A DNA stretch of 64,000 nucleotides from assembly GCF_017410345.1 (NCBI RefSeq), contig NZ_JAFQQZ010000017.1:667-64666 (forward strand), given 5' to 3'. Position 1 is the stretch's first letter, and each line of letters begins with the position of its first letter. The DNA comes from Methanobrevibacter sp. (GTDB lineage Archaea; Methanobacteriota; Methanobacteria; Methanobacteriales; Methanobacteriaceae). The translations under genes and the position numbers were made by a program. Positions 10,750-20,317 of the stretch are shown in pieces. The notes beneath the pieces are model-generated. The model was not told the DNA's origin and searched no databases. It saw only the letters and a program-made list of their open reading frames with translations.

Positions 10750-11589
10750 ATGATTATAGAAATGCTTACTAGTGGATTTGACATGATTATGGAGATGCTC
10801 CAAAGTGGGGGAATCATTACCTACATCATTCTCTTGCTTGGTATCTACGGTCTGTTGATATCCATAAGAAAGATATTTTACCTTAGAAAAATAAGTAAAA
10901 TCGACGCTACAGAGATTATGGGGACAATCACCTCATCCATGGAACAGGGAGGAGCCATTGAAGCTTTGAAAAACATCAGTCACTATAAGAACCCTGTTTC
11001 AAGAATCATGTCTGAAGCATTGAAAATCGGTTATAAAAACAAGATTGAAGTAGAAGAAAGTATGGAGCAGATCTTCATTGTCGAGCTTAGTAAAATGACC
11101 AATGGTATCAGCGCTTTGAAAACCATCATTGAGCTTGCTCCATTTTTAGGATTGATCGGTACTGTATTGGGTATTTGGATGACCTTTAAGAACTTAGGTG
11201 TAAATCCTGATGCTGCGGCAATGGCTGAAGGTATCTATTTGGCTCTTATCACTACCATTGCAGGGTTGACAGTAGCTATTGTTCTCATGCCTTTGTATAC
11301 TTACATCAAAGGTTTGATTGACCAAGAGATGGATAAGATTGAATTGGCTACTAAAATGACCAATTGGAGCTATGCTGTAATCAAGATAAGAGTTTATGAA
11401 AAATTGCCTTGTGTGATTGAAGCTCTTCAAGAGGCAGAAGGTATTGTTAGCGTAAAGGAAATCTCTGACCCTTATTCTAATATTCAAATTTCATTCAAGC
11501 CAAGTATGCTTGAAAAGAGTATCAGCAATATCATATTGGAAAAATGTGATGTGAAATCTGAAATTACAGAAAGTAAGTTAAGACAATAA
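10750..11589 (+). CDS. MotA/TolQ/ExbB proton-channel family protein with extra C-terminal domain
   Basis: Three TM segments; APFLGLIGTVLGI and ALITTIAGL carry the conserved Thr residues; RBS GAGG. Confidence 0.92.
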   Translation: MIIEMLTSGFDMIMEMLQSGGIITYIILLLGIYGLLISIRKIFYLRKISKIDATEIMGTITSSMEQGGAIEALKNISHYKNPVSRIMSEALKIGYKNKIEVEESMEQIFIVELSKMTNGISALKTIIELAPFLGLIGTVLGIWMTFKNLGVNPDAAAMAEGIYLALITTIAGLTVAIVLMPLYTYIKGLIDQEMDKIELATKMTNWSYAVIKIRVYEKLPCVIEALQEAEGIVSVKEISDPYSNIQISFKPSMLEKSISNIILEKCDVKSEITESKLRQ

Positions 11590-11605
11590 TCAAGGGGCTG
11601 TTAAA

Positions 11606-12013
11606 TTGGCAATTGACATCAAGCGTCATAAAGAGAAGATGAATCGGGATGAACCTGAGATCAAGCTTGTTCCTTTTATTGACATCTTATTTACTTTGCT
11701 TATCTTTTTAGTGGTCACCAGTACTTTTGGTGCTGCTGCAGTGGATAGCGATGATACCGGAACCGGTACCGGAAAGCCGAACATGACTGACTCCACTGGA
11801 GATGCGGAATATTATCTGATTCCGGTTGCAGGCTTGCAGAAAGTTGTTGTGAATGGTGTGGACATGTCTTCCGAGATAAAAGGAAACGCTATCGGTGTTC
11901 ATGCAAGAGTGCTTGATCAAGGGGACGTTCAGATTAAAACGAGCGAACATGCGATATATATTGAAGCGCCACCGGGAATGCTTCCTCAACAGGCAGTTCA
12001 TAGTCCGGATTGA
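11606..12013 (+). CDS. ExbD/TolR family protein
   Basis: Single TM with the conserved acidic motif LVPFIDILFTLLIFLVV; 16 nt after the exbB-like gene; TTG start after GGGG. Confidence 0.9.
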   Translation: MAIDIKRHKEKMNRDEPEIKLVPFIDILFTLLIFLVVTSTFGAAAVDSDDTGTGTGKPNMTDSTGDAEYYLIPVAGLQKVVVNGVDMSSEIKGNAIGVHARVLDQGDVQIKTSEHAIYIEAPPGMLPQQAVHSPD

Positions 12014-12160
12014 TTTTAAATTTAATTATTTTTATTTTTTTAATTTTTTCAAATATTTTAAAATATTTTTTAATGGTCTTTAAATTTTTTTATTAAAATT
12101 TCAATTCTTTCTTATAAGAAATATTTTAATTTTTTCAAATAGTTAATTGGGGTAAAAAGA

Positions 12161-12781
12161 ATGTATTTAGGCAGAATTATTTCAGCAGGAAAAACAGAAG
12201 ATGGAAAACCATATGTTGCTTATAGGGTTTCAAGCAGATCCTTCCCAAACAGGCAAGTGAAGGTTCTTGAAAATGAAGCGGCTATCATTCCAAAGGAAGG
12301 ATTTGAAAAGGATATTTTCAAAAACTCCTACATCGCTTATGACTGTGTAAAGACTGTAGGGGACATTGCAATCATTTCAAACGGTTCCCAAACCAATCCG
12401 ATTGCAGACAAGATATCCATTGGCATGAACATTAGGGATGCAATGGTATACTCCTTAACCACTTTGGATTATGAAAAGGATGATTATAACACTCCAAGAA
12501 TTGCTGCAGTTGTGAAAGGTGGTGAAGATTACGAAGCTTACATCGGTATTGTAACTGACAGTAAAGTATTGGTTGAAAAAATAGAAGATGGAAATGCTCA
12601 ATTCATTTCCACTTATGAGAAGAATACACCTGAAGATGTGATTTATTCTGCAGACACTCCAGATGATGCATGCAAGTTTATTTTCGATGAAGGTGCATTT
12701 GCTGAATTTGAAAACCCTGTATGTTCAGTGGCAGCTATTTTTGATGGAAAATGGAATATTTCTGGTTTAAATCCGGAATAA
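12161..12781 (+). CDS. purO: archaeal IMP cyclohydrolase
   Basis: [42 protein letters not shown]. Confidence 0.96.
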   Translation: MYLGRIISAGKTEDGKPYVAYRVSSRSFPNRQVKVLENEAAIIPKEGFEKDIFKNSYIAYDCVKTVGDIAIISNGSQTNPIADKISIGMNIRDAMVYSLTTLDYEKDDYNTPRIAAVVKGGEDYEAYIGIVTDSKVLVEKIEDGNAQFISTYEKNTPEDVIYSADTPDDACKFIFDEGAFAEFENPVCSVAAIFDGKWNISGLNPE

Positions 12782-12875
12782 TTCTATTTTATTTTTTTCT
12801 TTTTTTATTGTTTCTTATTCTTTTTATAGATTTCACTGCTTTTTTCACTGATTTTAAGGGTTAAAAAAATAATTT

Positions 12876-13535
12876 TTATTCAAACTTTTCAGCCTCTTCG
12901 GCCTCTTTTATTTTCTGGACTGTTCCCCAGCTTCTTCTGACAAAGTCAGGCATTTCATCATATCTGTATTTCTTCAGGAAGTTCTTGGTTTTCGGATCAC
13001 TTGGGTAACCTGAGCCAATTCCATCCCTATCCTTTGTGGCTCTGATATACTCCTTATTGATTTCACTGATAATCCTATCCCTTTCTGTTTTGGCAATGAT
13101 TGAAGCGGCTCCAACAGCCAAATATTTGTCGTCTGCCTTATGTTCTGCAATTACTTCACAACTATGGCCTACATATTCTGCCATTTCCTCTTGAAGTCTT
13201 CCTTCCTTAACGTCCAAGGCATCTATAATGATTCTATCCGCTCGAAGATTGTTTATGATTTTCTTCATTGCCAGTTTTTCAATCTGGTTAAGATTGATTC
13301 CTTTTGCCCTTAAGTTGTCAATGTCCTGTGCGGTGATAACCACAGTTTCGTAATCGAACATCTTGGTTAATTTGCGATATAGGACAGCTCTTCTGTTTGG
13401 AGTCAATCTTTTAGAGTCCTTCACTCCCATTCGTTCAATGATCTTTTCTTTATTTTCAGGTATGACAACTCCAGCCATTACCATCGGGCCTAGAACAGGA
13501 CCTCTTCCAGCTTCATCTAATCCTAGTGTATCCAT
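12876..13535 (-). CDS. rnhB: ribonuclease HII
   Basis: GLDEAGRGPVLGP, VKDSKRL, AASIIAKTERD, GSGYPSDP. Confidence 0.97.
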   Translation of the reverse strand: MDTLGLDEAGRGPVLGPMVMAGVVIPENKEKIIERMGVKDSKRLTPNRRAVLYRKLTKMFDYETVVITAQDIDNLRAKGINLNQIEKLAMKKIINNLRADRIIIDALDVKEGRLQEEMAEYVGHSCEVIAEHKADDKYLAVGAASIIAKTERDRIISEINKEYIRATKDRDGIGSGYPSDPKTKNFLKKYRYDEMPDFVRRSWGTVQKIKEAEEAEKFE

Positions 13536-13787
13536 ATTATTAAATCCGGTTTTATTATTTTTTTATTCAATAATTTTTTTAATTATTTTCAATAATTTTT
13601 TCAATAATTTTTTCAATAATAAGTTTGTAATTATTTATTTATAATCATTTTTAAAATAAGTTTAAGATTTTGAAAAATAGTAAAGAGTTTAATGGTGTAT
13701 AGGTTATGGTGTCAAAAGGAATATTATGGATTGTAAAGACAATCCATAGTATTTATACGTATAAATAACGCTTGAAATTGCTTAAAT

Positions 13788-14858
13788 TTATTTCATAGCT
13801 TTTAAACGTACTTCCGGTTCTAAAGCTAATGGTTCAGCAGCTACGATTGCAGTTCCTTTTGCGACTACAGTCATAGGGTCATCAGAAATTTGGATAGGAA
13901 TATCTGATTCGTCGAAGATTCTTTCTTTAAGGCCTCTTAATCTGGAACTTCCTCCCACTGCTACAGTATTTTTGTAGACTCCCATCATCAATTCTGCTGG
14001 CAATCTTTCCAAGATGAGGTTTAATCCGCCAACAACTGCTTGGATGATTGGCTCTACTGCATCTGCAACTAACATTGAATCAATTACAACTTGTTTAGGC
14101 CTGTTGGTTTCCAATGATTTACCAATAACTTCATAGCTTAAGTTTTCAAATTCTTGACTGCAATGTACCATACCGACTTCAATCTTTGCAGCTTCTGCAT
14201 CGTGAATGCTGATTGCGACATTGTATTTTTCTGCAACCAATTCAACGATTCTATTGTCGATGTCGTCTCCACCGACTCTTACGGTTTCGATATCGTTGAT
14301 ACCACCAAGTGAAATGACCACTAAATCAGTGGATCCTGCACCGATGTCAATTACCATGGTTCCATTAGGTTCTGCAATAGGCAATCCTGCACCGATAGCA
14401 GCAGCCAATCCTTCGCTGACTACCAATACGTATTCAGCACCGGCTTTTCTACCTATTTCTTCAGCAGCGTTTTTCTCCACTTCAGAAGCGTCTCCAGGAA
14501 TTCCAATGACAATTCTTCCTACGGTTTCTCCTTCGTTAATACCAATTTCCATTGCTCTGATGAGTAATGCTTGTGCTTGTGCAACGTTTTCGATTACTCC
14601 CTTCTTAAGTGGTCTTACTGCAACGATGTCTTCTGGAGTTCTGCCTAACATCTTTTTGGCTTCTTCTCCAACAGCAAGGACTGCAGAAGGGTCATCCTTT
14701 TTAACAGCAACTACAGAAGGAATTTGGTATAAGTCAAATTTGTCTCCTGATGGTTTTGCGATTACGGTGTTTAAGGTACCTAAGTCAATACCTAAACTGT
14801 TTTTCACGACTCTAGTTGGTTCAATTTCAATAGCGTCTTCATTTCCGAAAATACTCAA
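13788..14858 (-). CDS. mreB: actin-like rod-shape protein MreB/Mbl
   Basis: GIDLGTLNT, VRPLKKGVI, VSEGLAAAIGAGL, MVIDIGAGSTD, GGSSRLRGL. Confidence 0.93.
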   Translation of the reverse strand: MSIFGNEDAIEIEPTRVVKNSLGIDLGTLNTVIAKPSGDKFDLYQIPSVVAVKKDDPSAVLAVGEEAKKMLGRTPEDIVAVRPLKKGVIENVAQAQALLIRAMEIGINEGETVGRIVIGIPGDASEVEKNAAEEIGRKAGAEYVLVVSEGLAAAIGAGLPIAEPNGTMVIDIGAGSTDLVVISLGGINDIETVRVGGDDIDNRIVELVAEKYNVAISIHDAEAAKIEVGMVHCSQEFENLSYEVIGKSLETNRPKQVVIDSMLVADAVEPIIQAVVGGLNLILERLPAELMMGVYKNTVAVGGSSRLRGLKERIFDESDIPIQISDDPMTVVAKGTAIVAAEPLALEPEVRLKAMK

Positions 14859-15152
14859 AGTTATTCCTCCATAATAAAAATAAATTAATATTTAATTGAT
14901 TTATTGTTTGTTTAATTAATTTTATTTGTGGAATCATTTTTTTAAATTCATAATTCTTCAAATATAATTAATTAATAGTTTATAACAATAATTATTTATA
15001 ATTTTTATTAATAATAAGTTTTTGTATAAAAATATGAAAAATTATTGATAATCATGTAAAAATAGCTTGATAATTTGGTTTTAAAAATAATCTGTGGTGA
15101 AAAAGTTAAATTATTTTGGTGTATCTGGTGTGTTTTATGAAGATTCCTTTTC

Positions 15153-15923
15153 TTACTTTTCTTCCTCTTCAGGAGCAGGCTCTTCTTCAGGTTTTTCTTC
15201 TTCTTTTTCTACTATATGTTTTTCTTCTGCAGGTTTTTCTATAGTTTTCTCTACAGTTTCGTCCCCTACATCTTCTTTTATTCTTTGTTTTTCCTTATCT
15301 TGGATTGTTTTCTTCAAGTCAATTCCGAATAAGCTATTGCTCTGGCTGATCTGCTTTACTTTCTCAATATTTTCCTCATCCATTACAGAAACGAGGATTG
15401 CAGATAAGACAACATCACTCATATCAAGTATCGGTGTCATTGTATTTCTTAGGAATGATGGCAATTTTATTCTTGTGTTGAGTTCCGCTTTAATGAAACT
15501 GCTTGTATGATCTTCTGATAAGACATTGATTTCAGCGTTTTGCCTGTTGGTCTCTCCATTGAATGATTTCATATACTCTTCAGGTCCGACAATCACCAAT
15601 AAGTTAGGCATCTTCTGTATATGCACATTGGTGATTTCCACAGATGCCCCTCCTTTCTCATTGCACCTGTTTCTAAGCTCACTGATTTTCAGTGTTTCCC
15701 CTTTAAGCATGATGCAGTCAAATCTTTTTGAAGTGTATTTGTCTAAAATCTTGATGGATTCCCTGAATAAGATCTGGACTCTATCCTTGGCGGTAATTGC
15801 ATTGTATGCTATATCATCAACCAGTTTCTCATTACCTGCGATGACACACCATACATGTTCCCCATTCTCTCTTGTGGAAACCTTTGCAGCTCGTCTGAGA
15901 ATTTGTATTCTGTCTTCAATCAT
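15153..15923 (-). CDS. hypothetical soluble protein with Glu/Lys-rich C-terminus, upstream of mreB
   Basis: 256-aa ORF with RBS-like AGTGA, host-like codon usage, no recognisable catalytic motif and no TM segment. Confidence 0.8.
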   Translation of the reverse strand: MIEDRIQILRRAAKVSTRENGEHVWCVIAGNEKLVDDIAYNAITAKDRVQILFRESIKILDKYTSKRFDCIMLKGETLKISELRNRCNEKGGASVEITNVHIQKMPNLLVIVGPEEYMKSFNGETNRQNAEINVLSEDHTSSFIKAELNTRIKLPSFLRNTMTPILDMSDVVLSAILVSVMDEENIEKVKQISQSNSLFGIDLKKTIQDKEKQRIKEDVGDETVEKTIEKPAEEKHIVEKEEEKPEEEPAPEEEEK

Positions 15924-16604
15924 ATAATCACTAATAGAGTTCCATTTTTCATTCTTTTTAATAATACTCTCAATAAGTTTATAATTTTGTATTACTATCT
16001 TTCAGTTAAAGCCAAGAATTTTAATACTATGATAATTTAATATATTGCCTTATTATAATATAAAATTTTGTTTTTAAAGAAAAGATTTTGCTTTTGAATG
16101 AAGGATTTTAGAATATTTTGATTTGATTTGAGAAATACTATTGTTTTTTTTAACAATATTCAAATTCAGTTAAAAGAAATTTTATTGTTCATTTATCAAT
16201 ATTCAAAAACAGTTAAATAGAAGTTAATAGAATATATTAAATACTAATTGAGTAATATATAAATAATGGATTTAAAATAATATTAGTATATCATTGTTTA
16301 TTTTCTAATGTGAATATTATAGTAAAACTGTAAAATTGATTTTATATTGAAGATTTCATTCTCATTGGGAAATTCATTTCCAATGAAAAAATTGATGCCA
16401 TATTAAAAAATTTACTTTATTTAAAATATTTTATTTTAGTTAAAAATGATAGTTTAAGTTTATTTTTTTAAAATCAGTTAAATTTTTTAATTAAATGGTT
16501 TTTTACTATTATATTGTAATTTTATATTGATTTAGAAAACGATTAGTCGTTTTTAGAAAAAATTAATAAGGGAGTTTATTTAAAATAATATTTGGAGTCA
16601 AATT

Positions 16605-17552
16605 ATGAGAATAAAAAGTGTAGGAATGGGATATTTTTTAGCTATTCCTGATGTCATTTCAATATTGAATTTGGTATTTGGATTTTTAGCTATTTTAATG
16701 GTTATGGCTAATCATTTGACATATGCATCATTGTGCATACTTGTTGCAGTTGTTTTTGACTCTGTAGACGGATGGGTTTCAAGAAAACTTAATCGTGATG
16801 ATCAATTTGGTTTTGGTAAAAACATTGATTCCTTAGCAGATATTGTATCTTTCGGTGTGGCTCCTTCAGTCCTTTTATATTATATGGGATTAGGAATATC
16901 TGAATGGGCGGCTTACTTGATGGGTATTGTAGCTGTCTTAACACTTGTTTGCGGTATGTTAAGGCTTACCCGTTACAATGTGATTTCAGATAAGATCAAT
17001 TACCATGGATTTGTCGGTTTCCCAATACCAGGTACAGCAATTATCATAGCAACTTATTACCTAAGCGGTTTGTTCAATGTTGGTGTTGCTGCCATATTAA
17101 TGTTATTTGCAGCTTACTTGATGATCAGTACAATCAGATACCCTAAAGTTGACAATTATTATGTAATTGGATTTGGAGCATTAATGATACTCTTATTGCT
17201 TTTACCTATCAACACATCCATTGGTGCTGTAAGTCTTCCAGCTTTGGCATTGTTTGTATTGTCATTAGTCTATATGTTCATGACATTTTTGGAATTCTTC
17301 ATCGATACTGAGGAAGCTTTAACTGCAGAAAATGTAAATAAGAATATAGTTCAAGTTAGAGAAATCACTGCCAACAAATTCAGTGGTTCCTTAAGTTCTG
17401 CAAGGGAAGCTGCAAAATCAATGAGAGAAAACATTAACAGAGTGTCTTCTGGTGAAATCATTGGTGAAAAGTCAGCATCAGAAAAGGAAGAAAAGAAAGA
17501 GGAAGAAGAAAAATTATTGGAAATTAGCACAGGTGAAGTGGAAAGCGAATAG
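16605..17552 (+). CDS. pssA: archaetidylserine synthase (CDP-alcohol phosphatidyltransferase)
   Basis: DSVDGWVSRKL...FGKNIDSLADIVSFG fits the DxxDGxxAR...GxxxDxxxD motif; RLTRYN, FVGFPIP; multiple TMs. Confidence 0.9.
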   Translation: MRIKSVGMGYFLAIPDVISILNLVFGFLAILMVMANHLTYASLCILVAVVFDSVDGWVSRKLNRDDQFGFGKNIDSLADIVSFGVAPSVLLYYMGLGISEWAAYLMGIVAVLTLVCGMLRLTRYNVISDKINYHGFVGFPIPGTAIIIATYYLSGLFNVGVAAILMLFAAYLMISTIRYPKVDNYYVIGFGALMILLLLLPINTSIGAVSLPALALFVLSLVYMFMTFLEFFIDTEEALTAENVNKNIVQVREITANKFSGSLSSAREAAKSMRENINRVSSGEIIGEKSASEKEEKKEEEEKLLEISTGEVESE

Positions 17553-17732
17553 TTTTATTAAATAATTCTTTAAAATTCATTCTTTCACTTTTTCAATTTT
17601 TATTTTTTCTTCAAATTTTTAATTTCAATCTTCTTTTTTTAATTTTTTTATTTTTTATCAAGCTATTTTTGTCATTTTAAATTTTTTTTAAACCTATTTT
17701 TTCTACTTATTCTATCTCATTCCGTTTTAGGT

Positions 17733-19352
17733 TTGATAACTATGACTAATCGAAAGGATCGATTTAATTTCTTTAGGAATGATAAATTTAATTTAAGGAA
17801 TTTTGGAGATAAAAATAAGTTAAAATCAGATAAGACGAAAAATAAGGAGACGGATTCCTCACATTTTCCAAGTTTTGAATCGATTATTCCTGAAAATTCC
17901 CCATTAAAGAACAATCCCAGTTCCAGTTCCGGATTCTATAATGATGAAATTGGTTTTAGGGACAGTTCAAAGAATAATTCAAAGAATAATTCAAAGAATA
18001 ATTCTAAGGATAATTCTAAGAATAATTCAAGGGATTATCGGAGTAATAATTCCAATAAGGAAAATGATTTGGAAGGTGTTGATGAAAAATACGCCAAATA
18101 TATTTATTCTTCAGGTCCAAATGATTCAGTTGATTTTGAAAATGAGGAAAATGAAGATTCGAAGGGCTTAAATTCCTTTGAAGATAATTTTCTTAAAAGT
18201 CCAAATAATAAAAATCTTAAAGGCAATCTATTAGACTTCAAGAAGAACTTATTGAATAAAAATGATTCCTCAAAATCATTGTTTGGCAAAGTGACAATTC
18301 TATTAATTCTTTTAGTATTGATTTCATCTGCATTTTACTTTTTTGTCTATCAGCCATTTCAGAGTGAATTGAATCTGGAAAGAAATTCAAAGCTGAATGA
18401 ACTGAATGCCTTGTACAAAGGCCCTTTGGAACTAAATGAAAATGCATATACCTTGGAAAACAGAATCAATCAGGCTTTTGATATTGAAGAGATAAAGTCC
18501 ATAGATGTCTTAAGGTCTGCCACCCACGATTGGAGAATTTATCATAGCTCCCGAATCGTATCCTGCAAGGATGATTTCGGCAGGGTAATGATGTCCTATG
18601 ATGAGAATAAGAATATCATAATGTCTGTTAAGGATGCAAACGATTTTGTAAAGGGCAATGATGCCAAGATTCTATCTAATGTCCAATTTGAGAAAGTCAA
18701 CACAGTCATTGTTCCAGTTTCCCTTTCACGACTTCAGGCCACAGCGGGATTGATTTCCGTCGGTTCGGTTGTTGACATCTATTCCTTGAATGACAATTCT
18801 TCTGACTATTCTGGTGAATATGAGGATATGGGTGATAACTCCAGTTCCCTCCAATTGAATGAAACCCCTATCAACGATAGTTTGGAAAAGGGAGATGAAG
18901 ACCCGATTGTTAGCGGAGCAACTGTTTTGGCGATATTGCGTTCCAAGGATAGCGGTTTGGTCGACAGTACAGTTTCCAAATCAAGGACCATAATCAAGGG
19001 AAATGAAACAAAACCATTTGAGAACACCAGTTCATATTCAAGTGATGTTGAAGAGCTTCTCAAGGCAGCGGTTTTAAATTCAAATAGTGATAATGATGCT
19101 TTGGATTCCTATTTAAGGAATTATGGTGTCCGATTATCAAATTTTGAGAGAATGTCCAATTTAGGGGACTTGGACTGCGAATACATCATCCTTTTGGAAG
19201 TTCCGCAATCTGATGTGAATTTTGTGATAAACAATATGGATAACCTGATTCTGACAATTCCTACAGGTTTTGCACCGAATTGGGTAGTGGATGAACTGAA
19301 TGAAACATATTATGAGAATTTATATCAGGACCAATCTTTGGATTTCCTATAA
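17733..19352 (+). CDS. DUF515-like single-TM protein (low-complexity N-terminus, CpaB/RcpC-like C-terminal region)
   Basis: Asn/Ser/Lys-rich N-terminus, one TM (VTILLILLVLISSAFYFFVY), then VPVSLSRLQATAGLISVGSVVDIY...ATVLAI. Alternative start ATG at 17742. Confidence 0.7.
   Translation: MITMTNRKDRFNFFRNDKFNLRNFGDKNKLKSDKTKNKETDSSHFPSFESIIPENSPLKNNPSSSSGFYNDEIGFRDSSKNNSKNNSKNNSKDNSKNNSRDYRSNNSNKENDLEGVDEKYAKYIYSSGPNDSVDFENEENEDSKGLNSFEDNFLKSPNNKNLKGNLLDFKKNLLNKNDSSKSLFGKVTILLILLVLISSAFYFFVYQPFQSELNLERNSKLNELNALYKGPLELNENAYTLENRINQAFDIEEIKSIDVLRSATHDWRIYHSSRIVSCKDDFGRVMMSYDENKNIIMSVKDANDFVKGNDAKILSNVQFEKVNTVIVPVSLSRLQATAGLISVGSVVDIYSLNDNSSDYSGEYEDMGDNSSSLQLNETPINDSLEKGDEDPIVSGATVLAILRSKDSGLVDSTVSKSRTIIKGNETKPFENTSSYSSDVEELLKAAVLNSNSDNDALDSYLRNYGVRLSNFERMSNLGDLDCEYIILLEVPQSDVNFVINNMDNLILTIPTGFAPNWVVDELNETYYENLYQDQSLDFL
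17967..18026 (+). repeat. 12-bp in-frame tandem repeat (TCAAAGAATAAT x5, encodes SKNN)
   Basis: Three exact and two variant copies read directly from the sequence, followed by a degenerate sixth. Confidence 0.95.
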
Positions 19353-19512
19353 TTTCTTAATTTTTTATAATTTTCCAATAATCTCAATAATTTCCTATAA
19401 AATATTAAAAACTTATTAAATATGAAAAATAGAATAAGAAATATAAAATAAATTATAAAATAATTAAAAAATATTTTTAATTTGAAATTAACTTAATTTG
19501 TTGATGATTTTT

Positions 19513-20277
19513 ATGGATATAAAGAATTATATAAGGCCCACAACAATTATTTTAATAATTGCCTTTTTGATTATAGGGTTATATGCCTTGACTGAAGTCA
19601 ATTATTATTCATATAAGAATGTGGCCGAATCTAAGGATATCAATGCATCTGTTCTGATTATTCCATCCATTGGAGTTTTTGAAAAGATCAACAATGTTTC
19701 AATATCCCAAGGGGTTTACATAGATGAGAGTTCCAATATTCCAACTAAAGGGGATACTGTTTTATATGGACATAGAACCTTGCAGGGATCTCCATTCTTA
19801 AGGCTGGATGCCCTTAAGAAAGGGGATGTTGTGACTTTGGAATGGCCAGGCATAGGTGAAGTGAATTATACAGTTAGGGAATCCAAGATTATCTTGCCTT
19901 ACAAGGACTTGGAATTAAATGAAAGTCATCAAACTGGAGACATACATAATCAGGATTTGATTTTGGTTACCTGTCACCCAATAGGCTCAACTGCCCAAAG
20001 ATTATTAGTGATTGCAGATTTGAATTCAACAAGTTCCATTAATGAGACCGCTTTGGAACAGAATCCTCAAGCTCATTGGGCTTGGCTGATCACTGCAGGA
20101 TTTTTGATTTTAGGATTGATAATAAGCTATTTCACCAAAGGTGAAGAGAGAAAAGTTATTTTGGCGGTTGTAATAGCCATTACACTTGTTCTCATTTATT
20201 TCTGCATTTTCCCGGTATCTTCACAGATATGGGCGGATAAGGTAGGATGGCTGAATAGTCTGATGGGAGTAAGCTAA
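19513..20277 (+). CDS. sortase (class E-like)
   Basis: N-terminal TM, YGHRT (His), LVTC (Cys), AQR (Arg) triad, plus two further C-terminal TM segments. Confidence 0.9.
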   Translation: MDIKNYIRPTTIILIIAFLIIGLYALTEVNYYSYKNVAESKDINASVLIIPSIGVFEKINNVSISQGVYIDESSNIPTKGDTVLYGHRTLQGSPFLRLDALKKGDVVTLEWPGIGEVNYTVRESKIILPYKDLELNESHQTGDIHNQDLILVTCHPIGSTAQRLLVIADLNSTSSINETALEQNPQAHWAWLITAGFLILGLIISYFTKGEERKVILAVVIAITLVLIYFCIFPVSSQIWADKVGWLNSLMGVS

Positions 20278-20317
20278 TGAATTCTGTTTAAGATCATCAT
20301 ATTTATAGGGGTATTTT

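Noticed and set aside
14206-14874. 222-aa plus-strand ORF
   Set aside because: Antisense shadow of mreB. The same applies to the many 60-170-aa ORFs overlapping hemA, atwA, cofD, cofE, kor, rpo, fusA, tuf, the ATPase and carB.
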